A DNA stretch of 64,000 nucleotides from Vicinamibacterales bacterium (GTDB lineage: Bacteria > Acidobacteriota > Vicinamibacteria > Vicinamibacterales > UBA2999), in NCBI GenBank assembly GCA_030680175.1, contig JAUXWO010000049.1, forward strand, positions 10,873 to 74,872, read 5' to 3'. Positions 34,837 through 44,088 of this stretch are shown here, piece by piece. How positions within the stretch are numbered: position 1 is the first letter of the stretch; every line of letters starts with the position of its first letter. The notes beneath the pieces were generated by a model. It made no database searches. It saw only the letters and a program-made list of their open reading frames with translations, and was not told the DNA's origin. The position numbers were made by a program, and so were the translations under genes.

Positions 34837-34863
34837 CGACCCGGTCCCCGACCGGGTCGTTTG
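34837..34863 (+). terminator. Hairpin terminator after tRNA-Ala
   Basis: CGACCCGGTC-CCC-GACCGGGTCG forms a 10-bp stem. The following T tract is short (TTTG). Confidence 0.5.
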
Positions 34864-34933
34864 ACGTACCGGCCCCCCGTCACACGCCCCCGCCCCCCGA
34901 ACGGGCGCCGTCGGCCGAGCGGTCACGCCGCTT

Positions 34934-34942
34934 TGGTATAGT
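34934..34942 (+). promoter_or_regulatory. Extended -10 element TGgTATAGT just upstream of pfkA
   Basis: TATAGT at 34937-34942 lies 8 nt from the ATG at 34951. No Shine-Dalgarno sequence is present. Confidence 0.4.
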
Positions 34943-34950
34943 CGAACGCG

Positions 34951-36033
34951 ATGTCACATGTGAAGAAGATCGGCGTCCTCACCGGCGGCGGCGATGCGCC
35001 AGGACTGAATGCGGTGATCCGCGCGGTGGTGAAGGCGGGCTGCAACGCCGGCATGGAGGTCATCGGCCTCGAGGACAGCTTCGACGGCCTGCTCGACCCG
35101 ACGCGGTCGCGGCGCATGACCCCGCGCGACGTGACCGGGATCCTGCGCCTGGGGGGGACGGTGCTCGGCACGACCAACCGCGGGAACCCGTTCGAGTATC
35201 CGACCGACGCGCCGGAAGGGAAGTCGGACTACTCGGATCGCTGCGTGAAGACCTTCGCCGAGATGGGCCTTGATGCGCTCGTCGTCATCGGCGGTGACGG
35301 GACGCTTGCCATCGCGCATCAGTTCTACCTCAAGGGGATTCCCGTCGTCGGCGTCCCGAAGACCATCGACAACGACATCTGGGGCACGACGAGCTGCTTC
35401 GGCTTCGACACCGCGGTGTCGTTCGCATCGGACGCGATCGACCGCCTGCACACGACCGCCGAGGCGCACCGCCGCGTGATGGTGGTCGAGGTGATGGGCC
35501 GCTATGCCGGGTGGATCGCCCTGCATGCCGGCATCGCGGGCGGCGCCGATGTGATCCTGCTGCCCGAGATTCCGTACGACCTCGAGAAGGTCGCCGAGTT
35601 CGTCCGCGTCCGGGAGCGCCTGGGTGCCCGGTTCAGCATCGTGGTCGTGGCGGAGGGCGCCAGGCCCCTGGGCGGCAGCGTGACGGTGCAACGCGAGGCC
35701 CGGCCCGGATATGTGGAGCGCCTGGGCGGCGTGGGCGCCATGGTCGCGCACCAGCTCGAGGAGATGACGGGGAAGGAAAGCCGCTTTGTCGTCCTCGGCC
35801 ACCTGCAGCGCGGGGGCGCGCCCACGCCGTTCGATCGCGTGCTCGCCACGCGCTTCGGTGGCAAGGCGGTGGAGTTGCTGCAGCGGGGGGTCTTCGGCCG
35901 GATGGTCGCCAACAACCCGCCCGACATCGTCCACATCCCGCTGCTCGACGTCGTCGGCAAGACCCGCACCGTCCCGCTCGACTACGACCTGCTCAAGACC
36001 GCGCGGGCCATCGGCGTGTCGCTGGGGGACTAG
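34951..36033 (+). CDS. pfkA: 6-phosphofructokinase
   Basis: IGVLTGGGDAPGLNAVIRAVV, VVIGGDGTL, GVPKTIDNDI, MGRYAGWIAL, LGHLQRGG. Confidence 0.9.
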   Translation: MSHVKKIGVLTGGGDAPGLNAVIRAVVKAGCNAGMEVIGLEDSFDGLLDPTRSRRMTPRDVTGILRLGGTVLGTTNRGNPFEYPTDAPEGKSDYSDRCVKTFAEMGLDALVVIGGDGTLAIAHQFYLKGIPVVGVPKTIDNDIWGTTSCFGFDTAVSFASDAIDRLHTTAEAHRRVMVVEVMGRYAGWIALHAGIAGGADVILLPEIPYDLEKVAEFVRVRERLGARFSIVVVAEGARPLGGSVTVQREARPGYVERLGGVGAMVAHQLEEMTGKESRFVVLGHLQRGGAPTPFDRVLATRFGGKAVELLQRGVFGRMVANNPPDIVHIPLLDVVGKTRTVPLDYDLLKTARAIGVSLGD

Positions 36034-36041
36034 GGGGGCGC

Positions 36042-36134
36042 GGGTCGTGGGTCGTGGGTCGTGGGTAGTGTTCCTACTACCTACTACCTACTACCTACTA
36101 CCCACTACCTACTACCCACTACCTACTACCCACC
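36042..36134. repeat. Inverted heptamer arrays: (GGGTCGT)x3 plus GGGTAGT, then (CTACTAC/CCACTAC)x8
   Basis: Read directly. The G-rich arm at 36042-36065 matches G3N4G3N4G3N4G3. The arms are partly complementary. The array sits between the convergent pfkA and thrC and overlaps the thrC stop codon (36126-36128). Confidence 0.9.
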
Positions 36135-37355
36135 AAGCACATCAAGATACTTGAGCGCGCCGCCGGTGTTGAACAGGACGACCGTGTCGTCCGGGCGCAT
36201 GTGGCCTGAGGCGGTGAGCTTCTTGATGGCGCGGAGTGCGGCGCCGCCTTCGGGGGCCGCGGAGATGCCTTCCAGGCGGCCGATCTCCAGCATGTCCTCG
36301 ACCATCGCGGCATCGGACACCGCCAACGCCGTCCCGCCGCTCTCGCGCACGGCGCGCAGGATCAGGAAGTCCCCAATCGCGCGTGGCACGCGGAGGCCGT
36401 CGGCGGCGGTGGTGGCATTCTCCCAGGGCTCCGCCTTCTCGGTGCCGCGCTCGAAGGCGCGCACGATGGGCGCGCAGCCCTCCGCCTGCACGGACACCAT
36501 CTTCGGGCGGCGGCCCGGTGGGATCCAGCCGATGGCCTCCATCTCCTCGAACGCCTTCCACATCCCGACGAGGCCCGTGCCCCCGCCGGTCGGATAGACA
36601 ATCCAGTCCGGCAGGCGCCAGTCGAGCTGCTCCGCCAGTTCGTACCCCATCGTCTTCTTGCCCTCGACGCGGTAGGGCTCCTTCAGCGTGGAGACGTCGT
36701 ACCAGCCCAGGGGCTTGCCGGTCTCCGCGGCGATCCGTCCGGCATCGGTGATGAGGCCGTCGACGAGCGTGACGGTGGCGCCGTAGAGGCGGCACTCGTC
36801 GATGAAGGGACGCTTCGCGTCCTTCGGGATGAACACCTGGCACTCGAGGCCCGCCGCGGCGGCGTAGGCGGCGGCGGCGTTGCCGGCATTGCCGGCGGTC
36901 GGCAGGGAGATGGTGGTCGCGCCGAGCGCGCGCGCGCGCGTGATGGCGGCCGACTGGCCGCGCGCCTTGAAGGAGTTGGTGGGGTTGAGCGACTCGTCCT
37001 TGACGAAGAGCCGGTCGAGGCCGATCCCGGCGCCCAGCCTGTGTGCGTGCATCAGCGGGGTGAAGCCCTCGCCGAGGGTGACGGGCTCGTCACCCGGCAG
37101 CAGGGGCAGCATCTCGCGGTAGCGCCACATGGTCGGCACGCGGCCCGTGAGGCTCTCGCGAGACCACCCGCGGGCGGCCGCGAGGTCGTAGCGCGCCAGC
37201 AGCGGCAGGCCGCAGGCGGGGCAGAGGAAGTGCCGATCGCGCGGATCGAACGGCCCGGCGCCGCACGCCGCGCCGCACTCGAGATGCGTGAAGAAGCTGG
37301 GAGGCGCGCCGCTCACGATGGGCCGCTCACGAGATACATCTGACGATCGCCGCAT
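36126..37355 (-). CDS. thrC: Threonine synthase
   Basis: N-terminal zinc-ribbon-like THLECGAACG...FLCPACG. PLP site LNPTNSFKARG, GNAGNAAAAYAAAAG. The start is uncertain (ATG at 37355, or an internal GTG). Confidence 0.85.
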   Translation of the reverse strand: MRRSSDVSRERPIVSGAPPSFFTHLECGAACGAGPFDPRDRHFLCPACGLPLLARYDLAAARGWSRESLTGRVPTMWRYREMLPLLPGDEPVTLGEGFTPLMHAHRLGAGIGLDRLFVKDESLNPTNSFKARGQSAAITRARALGATTISLPTAGNAGNAAAAYAAAAGLECQVFIPKDAKRPFIDECRLYGATVTLVDGLITDAGRIAAETGKPLGWYDVSTLKEPYRVEGKKTMGYELAEQLDWRLPDWIVYPTGGGTGLVGMWKAFEEMEAIGWIPPGRRPKMVSVQAEGCAPIVRAFERGTEKAEPWENATTAADGLRVPRAIGDFLILRAVRESGGTALAVSDAAMVEDMLEIGRLEGISAAPEGGAALRAIKKLTASGHMRPDDTVVLFNTGGALKYLDVLGG

Positions 37356-37404
37356 CCCCGCATCAGATCACCACCTCGCCACATCAGAAGATCACGAGAG
37401 TGCG

Positions 37405-37974
37405 TCATCTTCCCAGGAGTTCTTCATCCTTGCGCTTCTGCAGGTCGTCGATCGCCTTGACGGCCTCGTCGGTGAGCTTCTGCACCTCGGTCAGGCCGCG
37501 CTTCTCGTCGTCTTCCGAGATCTCGTGGTCCTTGAGGAACTTCTTCAGGCGGTCATTGGCGTCGCGGCGCACGCCGCGCACCTGGTTGCGGCCATCCTCG
37601 GCGAGCTTGTGGACGTGCCGCGACAGGTCCTTGCGCCGCTCTTCGGTGAGCGCCGGAATGGGAATGCGGATGACCTTGCCGTCGCTGGCGGGGTTCAGCC
37701 CGAGGTCGGAGCTGCGGATGGCCTTCTCGATCGACGCCATCACGCCCGGGTCGAACGGCGTGGCGACGAGCATCGCGGTCTCCGGGACCGACAGGCTGGC
37801 GAGCTGGTTGAGCGGCATGCGCGACCCATAGGCCTCGACGAAGATCTGGTCGAGGAGGGCCGTGCTCGCGCGGCCCGTGCGCACGCCGGCGATCTCGCGC
37901 CGCACGTGCTCCACGTAGCCATCCATCCGGGTCTTGGTCGCGGCGAAGAGGTCCTTCAGATCGGATACATCCAT
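37405..37974 (-). CDS. frr: Ribosome recycling factor
   Basis: VRTGRASTALLDQIFVEAYGSRMPLNQLASLSVPE..., IPIPALTEERRKDL. Confidence 0.95.
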   Translation of the reverse strand: MDVSDLKDLFAATKTRMDGYVEHVRREIAGVRTGRASTALLDQIFVEAYGSRMPLNQLASLSVPETAMLVATPFDPGVMASIEKAIRSSDLGLNPASDGKVIRIPIPALTEERRKDLSRHVHKLAEDGRNQVRGVRRDANDRLKKFLKDHEISEDDEKRGLTEVQKLTDEAVKAIDDLQKRKDEELLGR

Positions 37975-37996
37975 CAGTCGGTCTCCCGGGCCGCCG

Positions 37997-38725
37997 TCAG
38001 GCGGTCACCGTCGTGCCCACGGCCTCGCCCATGACGACGCGGCGAATGTGGCCGGGCACCTTCAGGTTGAACACCACGATCGGCAAACGGTTGTCCATGC
38101 AGAGCGAGATGGCGGTCGCATCCATCACCTGCAGCCGGTCCTGGAGGACCTGCAGGTAGGAGATGTGCTCGTACCGGGTGGCGTCGGGGTGGGTGACTGG
38201 ATCGGCCGTGTAGATGCCGTCCACCTTCGTCGCCTTGAGGATGACCTCGGCCTTGATCTCCATCGCGCGGAGTGCGGCGGCGGTATCCGTCGTGAAGTAG
38301 GGATTGCCCGTCCCGGCGGCGAAGACCACGACGCGCCCCTTCTCGAGGTGGCGGATGGCGCGGCGGCGGATGAACGGCTCGGCGACGGCGCGCATCTCGA
38401 TGGCCGAGAGCACACGCGTGAGCACGCCCTGCTGCTCGAGCGCATCCTGCAGCGCCAGCGCGTTCATCACCGTCGCCAGCATGCCCATGTAGTCGGCGGT
38501 GGAGCGGTCCATGCCGCGTGCGCTGGCGGCCAGGCCGCGGAAGATGTTGCCCCCGCCGATGACGATGGCCGTCTGCACCCCGAGGGACTGGATCTCGGCG
38601 ACATCCTGGGCAATGCGCGTCGCGATGGCCGGGTCGATGCCGTACTGATGATCGCCCATCAGGGCTTCGCCCGAGAGCTTGAGGAGGATGCGCTTGTAGA
38701 ACGGGTCGGAAGGCGGGGAAGACAT
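37997..38725 (-). CDS. pyrH: UMP kinase
   Basis: [55 protein letters not shown]. The ATG is at 38725, with a TTG one codon upstream at 38728. Confidence 0.93.
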   Translation of the reverse strand: MSSPPSDPFYKRILLKLSGEALMGDHQYGIDPAIATRIAQDVAEIQSLGVQTAIVIGGGNIFRGLAASARGMDRSTADYMGMLATVMNALALQDALEQQGVLTRVLSAIEMRAVAEPFIRRRAIRHLEKGRVVVFAAGTGNPYFTTDTAAALRAMEIKAEVILKATKVDGIYTADPVTHPDATRYEHISYLQVLQDRLQVMDATAISLCMDNRLPIVVFNLKVPGHIRRVVMGEAVGTTVTA

Positions 38726-38734
38726 CAAGGGGGG

Positions 38735-38743
38735 ATTATATCA
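38735..38743 (-). promoter_or_regulatory. Extended -10 element TGaTATAAT upstream of pyrH
   Basis: The minus strand reads TTGATATAAT-CCCCCC-TTG-ATG. The box is 6 nt from the TTG and 9 nt from the ATG, with no Shine-Dalgarno sequence. Confidence 0.45.
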
Positions 38744-38763
38744 AGGTGGCGACGATGGCCAGG

Positions 38764-38950
38764 GGGCTCAAGGTGCTCGAGGTGCTCAAGGTGCTCAAGG
38801 TGCCCGAGTGCCCGAGGTGCACCAGGTGCGCACTGCGCACGCTGGGCACTCGTGCACGCTGGGCACCTTGGGCACTCTGGGCACCTTGGGCACTCAGGGC
38901 ACCTCGGGCACCCTGAGCACCTCGTGCACCCTGAGCACCTCGGGCACCCT
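38764..38950. repeat. Two inverted nonamer arrays (GGTGCTCAA-type about x7.5, then GGGCACCTT-type x10) around a short core
   Basis: Left arm 38764-38833, core 38834-38860 (a GCACGCTGGGCAC direct repeat), right arm 38861-38950. The arms are reverse complements at unit level (for example CTGAGCACC versus GGTGCTCAA/G). The structure fills the tsf-pyrH spacer. Confidence 0.95.
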
Positions 38951-38960
38951 GATCACGTTG

Positions 38961-39563
38961 CTACTCCGCCAGTTCGCCCAGCTTGAAGCGCGAGAAGCGG
39001 GTGACCGTGATGTTCTCGCCGGTCTTGGCCGTGGCGGCCTGCAGCATCTGCTCGATGGTCACGTTGGGGTCGCGAACGGACGCCTGCTCGAGCAGGCAGG
39101 CCTGCGCGTAGTAGCTGCCCAGCTTGCCCTCGATGATCTTCTCGATCACGTTGGCCGGCTTGCCGGAGTCCGCGAACTGGGCGCGGTAGATCTCCTTCTC
39201 GCGCTCGAGGTCCTCCGGCTTCACTTCGTCGCGGCGCACGAAGCGGGGATCCGCCGCGGCGATGTGCATGGCGATCTCCTTCGCCAGCGCCTGGAAGTCG
39301 TCGGTGCGCGCCACGAAGTCCGTCTCGCAGTTCACCTCGACGAGCACGCCGACCTTGCCGCCCATGTGGATGTAGTGGCCGATGACGCCCTCGCGGGTCG
39401 CGCGGCCGGCGCGCTTGGTGGCCGAGGCCATCCCCTTCGTGCGGAGGATGTCGATGGCCTTCTCCATGTCGCCGCCCGCTTCGGCGAGCGCCGCCTTGCA
39501 GTCCATCATGCCGGCGCCCGTGCGGTCGCGCAGCTGCTTCACCATCTCTGCCGTGATTGCCAT
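38961..39563 (-). CDS. tsf: Elongation factor Ts (short form)
   Basis: MAITAEMVKQLRDRTGAGMMDCKAALAEAGGDMEKAIDILRTKG..., GVLVEVNCETDFVA. Confidence 0.93.
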   Translation of the reverse strand: MAITAEMVKQLRDRTGAGMMDCKAALAEAGGDMEKAIDILRTKGMASATKRAGRATREGVIGHYIHMGGKVGVLVEVNCETDFVARTDDFQALAKEIAMHIAAADPRFVRRDEVKPEDLEREKEIYRAQFADSGKPANVIEKIIEGKLGSYYAQACLLEQASVRDPNVTIEQMLQAATAKTGENITVTRFSRFKLGELAE

Positions 39564-39611
39564 GTCGTGCTCCGTGAACTTAGGGGATGAGTGCGGGGGC
39601 CCGGAGGCCCG

Positions 39612-39654
39612 TACATGAAACGCGCCGGCCCGACACGTACGGCAGGCCGGCGCG
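39612..39654 (-). terminator. Possible attenuating hairpin between rpsB and tsf
   Basis: A 10-bp perfect stem pairs CGCGCCGGCC (39621-39630) with GGCCGGCGCG (39645-39654). On the minus strand only TTTCATG follows, so this is a weak terminator at best. Confidence 0.3.
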
Positions 39655-39673
39655 GAGAACCACCCGGAGGCGA

Positions 39674-40513
39674 CTAGGCCTGCGGGACCGGTGTTTCGGC
39701 GGGGCGCTGGGGCCGGCGTGCGGCCGCCGGGCGCACCACGCGCGCCGCCTCGTCGGCCGCGGCCTGCTCGGCGCTGGCCGCTTCGCGCTCGGCCATCAGC
39801 GACTCGCGCTCGCCGCGTCCGTCGATGACGGCGTCGGCGATCCGCGAGGCGAACAGCCGGATGGAGCGGAGCGCGTCGTCGTTGCCGGGGATGGCGAAGT
39901 CCACTTCGTCGGGGTCGCAGTTGGTGTCGACCACGCCGATGACCGGGATCTTCAGCTTGCGCGCCTCATCGACGGCGATCTTCTCCTTGCGCGTGTCCAC
40001 GATGAACAGCGCGTCGGGGAGCCGGCCCATGTTGCGGATGCCGTCGAGGTTCTTCTGAAGCTTGCGCTTCTCCTTCTCGGCGCGGGCGATCTCCTTCTTC
40101 GGCATGAAGTCGTAGCGCCCGTCGGTCGACATGGCCTCCAGATCACGCAGGCGGTTGATGCTCCGCTGAATGGTCGTGAAGTTGGTGAGCAGCCCGCCGA
40201 GCCACCGCTCGTTGATGTAGAACATCTCGCAGCGGGTGGCCTCTTCGGCGATGACGTCCTGGGCCTGGCGCTTCGTGCCGACGAACAGCAGCGTCTTGCC
40301 GGCGGCGGCGAGCTGCCGGGCATACGTCTCGGCCGTCTGGAACCGCTTGACGGTCTTGCCGAGGTCGATGATGTAGATGCCGCTCCGTTCGCCGAAGATG
40401 AACGGCTTCATCTTCGGGTTCCAGCGCTTCGTCTGGTGGCCGAAATGCACGCCTGCCTCGAGCAGGTCCTTCATCGCGAGAGGGGTCAAGCTTCCTCCAT
40501 CCATGGGTGACAT
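39674..40513 (-). CDS. rpsB: 30S ribosomal protein S2
   Basis: [36 protein letters not shown]. The ATG overlaps the rpsI stop (TAATG). Confidence 0.93.
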   Translation of the reverse strand: MSPMDGGSLTPLAMKDLLEAGVHFGHQTKRWNPKMKPFIFGERSGIYIIDLGKTVKRFQTAETYARQLAAAGKTLLFVGTKRQAQDVIAEEATRCEMFYINERWLGGLLTNFTTIQRSINRLRDLEAMSTDGRYDFMPKKEIARAEKEKRKLQKNLDGIRNMGRLPDALFIVDTRKEKIAVDEARKLKIPVIGVVDTNCDPDEVDFAIPGNDDALRSIRLFASRIADAVIDGRGERESLMAEREAASAEQAAADEAARVVRPAAARRPQRPAETPVPQA

Positions 40514-40905
40514 TACCGCTTGCTGAACTGGAACCGCTTGCGCGCGCCGGCCAGGCCGTACTTCTTGCGTTCCTTGGCGCGTGCGTCGCGCGTGAGGAGG
40601 CCGTCCTTCTTGAGCCGTCCGCGCAGGTCGGCGTCGAAGGCGCAGAGGGCGCGCGCGATGCCGAGGCGAATCGCGCCGGCCTGCCCGTTCACGCCGCCGC
40701 CACGCACCGTGGCCAGCACGTCGAACTTGTCGGCCGTCTCGGTCAGGACGAGCGGCACCTTCACCTTCGTCCGCACCGACTCGGCGGGGAAGAAGTCCCC
40801 GAGCTCGCGGTGGTTGACCGTGATGGCGCCCGTGCCGGGCCGAAGGAACACACGCGCCGTCGATGTCTTGCGGCGCCCCGTGGCGTAGTACTGATTCAGA
40901 GCCAA
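40513..40905 (-). CDS. rpsI: 30S ribosomal protein S9
   Basis: [19 protein letters not shown]...[19 protein letters not shown]...[24 protein letters not shown]. Confidence 0.95.
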   Translation of the reverse strand: MALNQYYATGRRKTSTARVFLRPGTGAITVNHRELGDFFPAESVRTKVKVPLVLTETADKFDVLATVRGGGVNGQAGAIRLGIARALCAFDADLRGRLKKDGLLTRDARAKERKKYGLAGARKRFQFSKR

Positions 40906-40908
40906 GAT

Positions 40909-41340
40909 TTACGCGACCTCGAGCGAAGTGGGTTGCTGCGCCGCGTGCGGGTGATCCGCCCCGGCATACACCTTGAGTTTGCGGTACATCTGATCGCCGA
41001 GCTTCGACTTCGGCAGCATGCCGCGCACGGCTTCCTCGACCAGGCGGATCGGCCGGCGCTGCCGGACATCCTTGGCGCGCTCTTCGCGCAGCCCGCCCTC
41101 GTAGCCGCTGTGCCGGCGGTACATCTTCTGGTCTTCCTTGCGGCCCGTCAGCTTCACCTTGTCGGCATTGACGACGACGACGTGGTCGCCGGTGTCGATG
41201 AAGGTGGTGTAGGACGCCTTGTGCTTGCCCTGGAGCAGGCGCGCGGCCTCGGTCGCGATGCGCCCGAGCACCCGGCCCTCGGCGTCAATCACGTGCCACT
41301 TGCGCGTCACGCTCTTTGGCGTGGCGACGTACGTACCCAT
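40909..41340 (-). CDS. rplM: 50S ribosomal protein L13
   Basis: [29 protein letters not shown]...[11 protein letters not shown]...MLPK. The track ORF start at 41358 adds 6 unlikely residues. Confidence 0.93.
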   Translation of the reverse strand: MGTYVATPKSVTRKWHVIDAEGRVLGRIATEAARLLQGKHKASYTTFIDTGDHVVVVNADKVKLTGRKEDQKMYRRHSGYEGGLREERAKDVRQRRPIRLVEEAVRGMLPKSKLGDQMYRKLKVYAGADHPHAAQQPTSLEVA

Positions 41341-41675
41341 CGTATGAGATCCCTTCACTTCCCCCCGGACGACTCCGACCCAGGGGACGGCAAACCCAAA
41401 TGATACGACGACTTGGAAGCAACGTCAAGCGCCGGGCCCCCGCGCCTGCGGCCCCGAAGGCCCCGGGAGGCACTGCCGGCTGGCCGGACCTCTGTTCCGA
41501 CCGCCGCTCCATCCGATAACCCAAACGGAGGGTTCAGCCCCCCAGTCGTTGGCGAGGTGCAGAAACTGTCAGGCGCGCACAAAAGTGTCAGTCGCCTGAA
41601 GGCGGGCTCGGCGCCAGGGATCGCGAAATGCGCACTTCTACACGCGATTTCGTGGCTGAGCCAGGCCGTGGCGGG

Positions 41676-41691
41676 TGGTATCAGGTTTGCC
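41676..41691 (+). promoter_or_regulatory. Candidate sigma54 -24/-12 element TGGTAT-N5-TTGC upstream of pilM
   Basis: The GG (41677-41678) and GC (41689-41690) have the canonical spacing of TGGCAC-N5-TTGC. The element is about 79 nt upstream of the pilM GTG. This rests on a motif match only. Confidence 0.3.
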
Positions 41692-41769
41692 CCCGGTCCC
41701 GTCGGACCCCGAGCCCGCGCCGGGCGGGGACCGGCACCGTAGCCCGCGCGTGACGGGTAGGAGACGACC

Positions 41770-42828
41770 GTGTTCAGGAGAGCGAAGAGCGTCGTCGGCC
41801 TCGACATCGGGTCGAGCGCGATCAAGGCCATCGAGCTCAAGCCGTCGGGCAAGAGCTACAAGGTGACCGCGATCGGCGTCGAACCGCTGCCGCCCGACAG
41901 CATCGTCGATGGCGCCATCATCGACGCGGCCGCCGTGGCCGACGCGATTCGGCGCCTGCTGCAGCAGAAGGCCTTCCGCTACAAGGACGTGGCCGCCTCC
42001 CTGTCCGGCAATTCCGTGATCGTCAAGAAGATCAGCCTGCCCGTCATGACCGAGCAGGAGCTGTCGGAGTCGATCTACTGGGAAGCCGAGCAGTACATCC
42101 CCTTCGACATTCAGGATGTCAACCTCGACTACGAGATCCTGGACCCGGGAACGGGCCCCGAGAGTCAGGGCAGCATGGACGTGCTGCTCGTCGCCGCCAA
42201 GAAGGACAAGATCGCCGATTACACCGGCGTCATCGCCCAGGCGGGCAAGACCCCCGTCGTCGTCGACGTGGACGCGTTCGCGATCCAGAACGCCTACGAG
42301 GCCAACTACGGATTCGAGCCCTCGGCCGTCGTGGCGCTCGTCAACGCCGGGGCCAGTGCCATCAACATCAACATCCTGAACGGGGCGCAGTCGGTCTTCA
42401 CCCGCGACGTCTCGCTCGGAGGCAACGCCTTCACCGAGGCCCTGCAGAAGGAACTCGGGCTGCCCTTCGAGACGGCCGAGCAGCTCAAGCGCGGCCAGGA
42501 CGTCGAGGGGATCACCTACGAGGAGGCCAAGCCGGTGCTCCGGGCCATGGCCGACAACGTGCTGCTCGAGGTGGAGAAGACGTTTGACTTCTACAAGGCG
42601 ACCGCGGCGACCGACCGGATCGACCGGATCATGCTGAGCGGCGGGGCCTCGCGCGTGGAGGGCTTCGCCGAACTCCTGCAGGAGCGGTTCGACACGCAGG
42701 TCGAACGATTCGACCCGTTCCGGCAGGTGACGCTCGACGCCAGGAAGCTCGGGATCGAGGACCTGGACGTCGGGCCGGTGTCGGCCGTGGCGCTCGGCCT
42801 CGCGCTGCGACGGGCGGGGGACCGATGA
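41770..42828 (+). CDS. pilM: Type IV pilus assembly protein PilM
   Basis: VVGLDIGSSAIKAIELK (actin-like ATPase fold), GGNAFTEAL, MLSGGAS. AGGAG precedes the GTG start. Confidence 0.9.
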   Translation: MFRRAKSVVGLDIGSSAIKAIELKPSGKSYKVTAIGVEPLPPDSIVDGAIIDAAAVADAIRRLLQQKAFRYKDVAASLSGNSVIVKKISLPVMTEQELSESIYWEAEQYIPFDIQDVNLDYEILDPGTGPESQGSMDVLLVAAKKDKIADYTGVIAQAGKTPVVVDVDAFAIQNAYEANYGFEPSAVVALVNAGASAININILNGAQSVFTRDVSLGGNAFTEALQKELGLPFETAEQLKRGQDVEGITYEEAKPVLRAMADNVLLEVEKTFDFYKATAATDRIDRIMLSGGASRVEGFAELLQERFDTQVERFDPFRQVTLDARKLGIEDLDVGPVSAVALGLALRRAGDR

Positions 42829-43463
42829 TTCGCATCAACCTCATCGCGACCGAACGGCGCGCGGCCAAGGCCGCCTCGTCCGTGTCGACGTTCCAGATCG
42901 GGCAGAAGGCGACGGTCGCCGGGAGCCTGATCCTGCTCATCACGGTGCTGCTGATCGGCTGGCGCTTCTGGACGGTGACCCAGCAGGAAACGCAGATGGC
43001 GAGCGACATCGTGGCCGCCCAGCGGGAGGAGCAGCGGCTCGCCGAGATCATCAAACAGGTCGAGGACTTCGAGCTGCGGCGCGGGCAGCTGCAGGAACGC
43101 GTGACGCTCATCGAGGAGTTGCGCCGCGGCCAGAACGCCCCCGTCCACATGCTCGATCAGGTCAGCCGCGCGCTGCCGGACATGCTGTGGCTCACCCGGT
43201 TCACGCAGCAGGGCTTCGACGTGACGATCGAAGGCCGCTGCATGTCGCTCACGGCGCTCTCGGACTTCGTCGCGAACCTCGAAGAGTCGCGGTACTTCCA
43301 GCGGCCCGTTGAGATCGTCAACAGCGAGGTCGTCGCCGCGCGGGGCACCGAGCCCGAGCTGATTCAGTTCGTCGTGCGCGCCACGTTCCAGCTGGCGGGC
43401 GTCGACCAGCCCGCGCCGGCGCCCACGCGCCGCGGCGCGGCGAAGAGGGGGCCCCGTGGCTGA
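42825..43463 (+). CDS. pilN: Type IV pilus assembly protein PilN
   Basis: MIRINLI...; a single TM; coiled-coil; position after pilM with an overlapping start. Confidence 0.85.
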   Translation: MIRINLIATERRAAKAASSVSTFQIGQKATVAGSLILLITVLLIGWRFWTVTQQETQMASDIVAAQREEQRLAEIIKQVEDFELRRGQLQERVTLIEELRRGQNAPVHMLDQVSRALPDMLWLTRFTQQGFDVTIEGRCMSLTALSDFVANLEESRYFQRPVEIVNSEVVAARGTEPELIQFVVRATFQLAGVDQPAPAPTRRGAAKRGPRG

Positions 43464-44088
43464 CCTGAGCCTGAGCAAGCTCCCGTGGTACGGCCAGCTG
43501 GCCGTGTTCGTCGTGATCTCGGCGGCCGGCGCCGGCGCGTTCTACTACTTCTTCGAGCAGCCGCGGCAGGAGGCGCTGGCGACGCGCCAGACGGAGCTCA
43601 CCGCCATCCGGGCACGGATCACGGTGGGCCTGGCCACGGCGCGCCAGCTCCCGGAGTTTCGCGCGCAGGTGGACGAGCTGACCGCGCGGCTCGACAGCCT
43701 GAAGGCCATCCTCCCGGACGAGAAGGACGTGGCGGACCTGCTGCGACGCATTCAGACGATGGCCGCGCAGTCGGACCTGACGATCCGCGGATTCCGTCCG
43801 CAGGCGATCAACACGCGGACCCTCCACGCGGAGTGGCCCATCGGCCTGGAACTCGAGGGGTCGTACCACAACCTCGGACTCTTCCTCGATCGCGTGAGCA
43901 AGTTCCCCCGCATCATCAATGTCAGCGGACTGGTACTCCAGGGGCAGGACGGCGGGACGGCGACGCTGCGGGTGTCGTGCACGGCCACGACGTTCGTGCT
44001 GCTCGACACACCGCCGGCCGCGGCGGCCGCACCAGCGAAGAAGACGCCCAAGAAAACGCCGAAGAAAGCGCCCGCGAAGAAGTCGTGA
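43456..44088 (+). CDS. pilO: Type IV pilus assembly protein PilO
   Basis: A TM followed by a coiled coil (ELTARLDSLKAILPDEKDVADLLRRIQ), and operon position. The Lys-rich tail is unusual. Confidence 0.8.
   Translation: MADLSLSKLPWYGQLAVFVVISAAGAGAFYYFFEQPRQEALATRQTELTAIRARITVGLATARQLPEFRAQVDELTARLDSLKAILPDEKDVADLLRRIQTMAAQSDLTIRGFRPQAINTRTLHAEWPIGLELEGSYHNLGLFLDRVSKFPRIINVSGLVLQGQDGGTATLRVSCTATTFVLLDTPPAAAAAPAKKTPKKTPKKAPAKKS

Noticed and set aside
38808-39590. 260-aa plus-strand ORF beginning with LGTLGTLGTLGTQGTSGTL (collagen-like), and the Cys/Pro-rich minus-frame readings of the 57489-57569 array
   Set aside because: The repeat peptides are simply translations of the nonamer arrays. The remainder of the ORF is antisense to tsf, which is unambiguous.
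41359-41769. SRP RNA, 6S or another known small RNA in the 410-bp rplM-pilM spacer
   Set aside because: I could not find the conserved SRP domain IV motif or any signature I recognise. The region may still hold a leader or an unannotated RNA, but I cannot support a call by eye.
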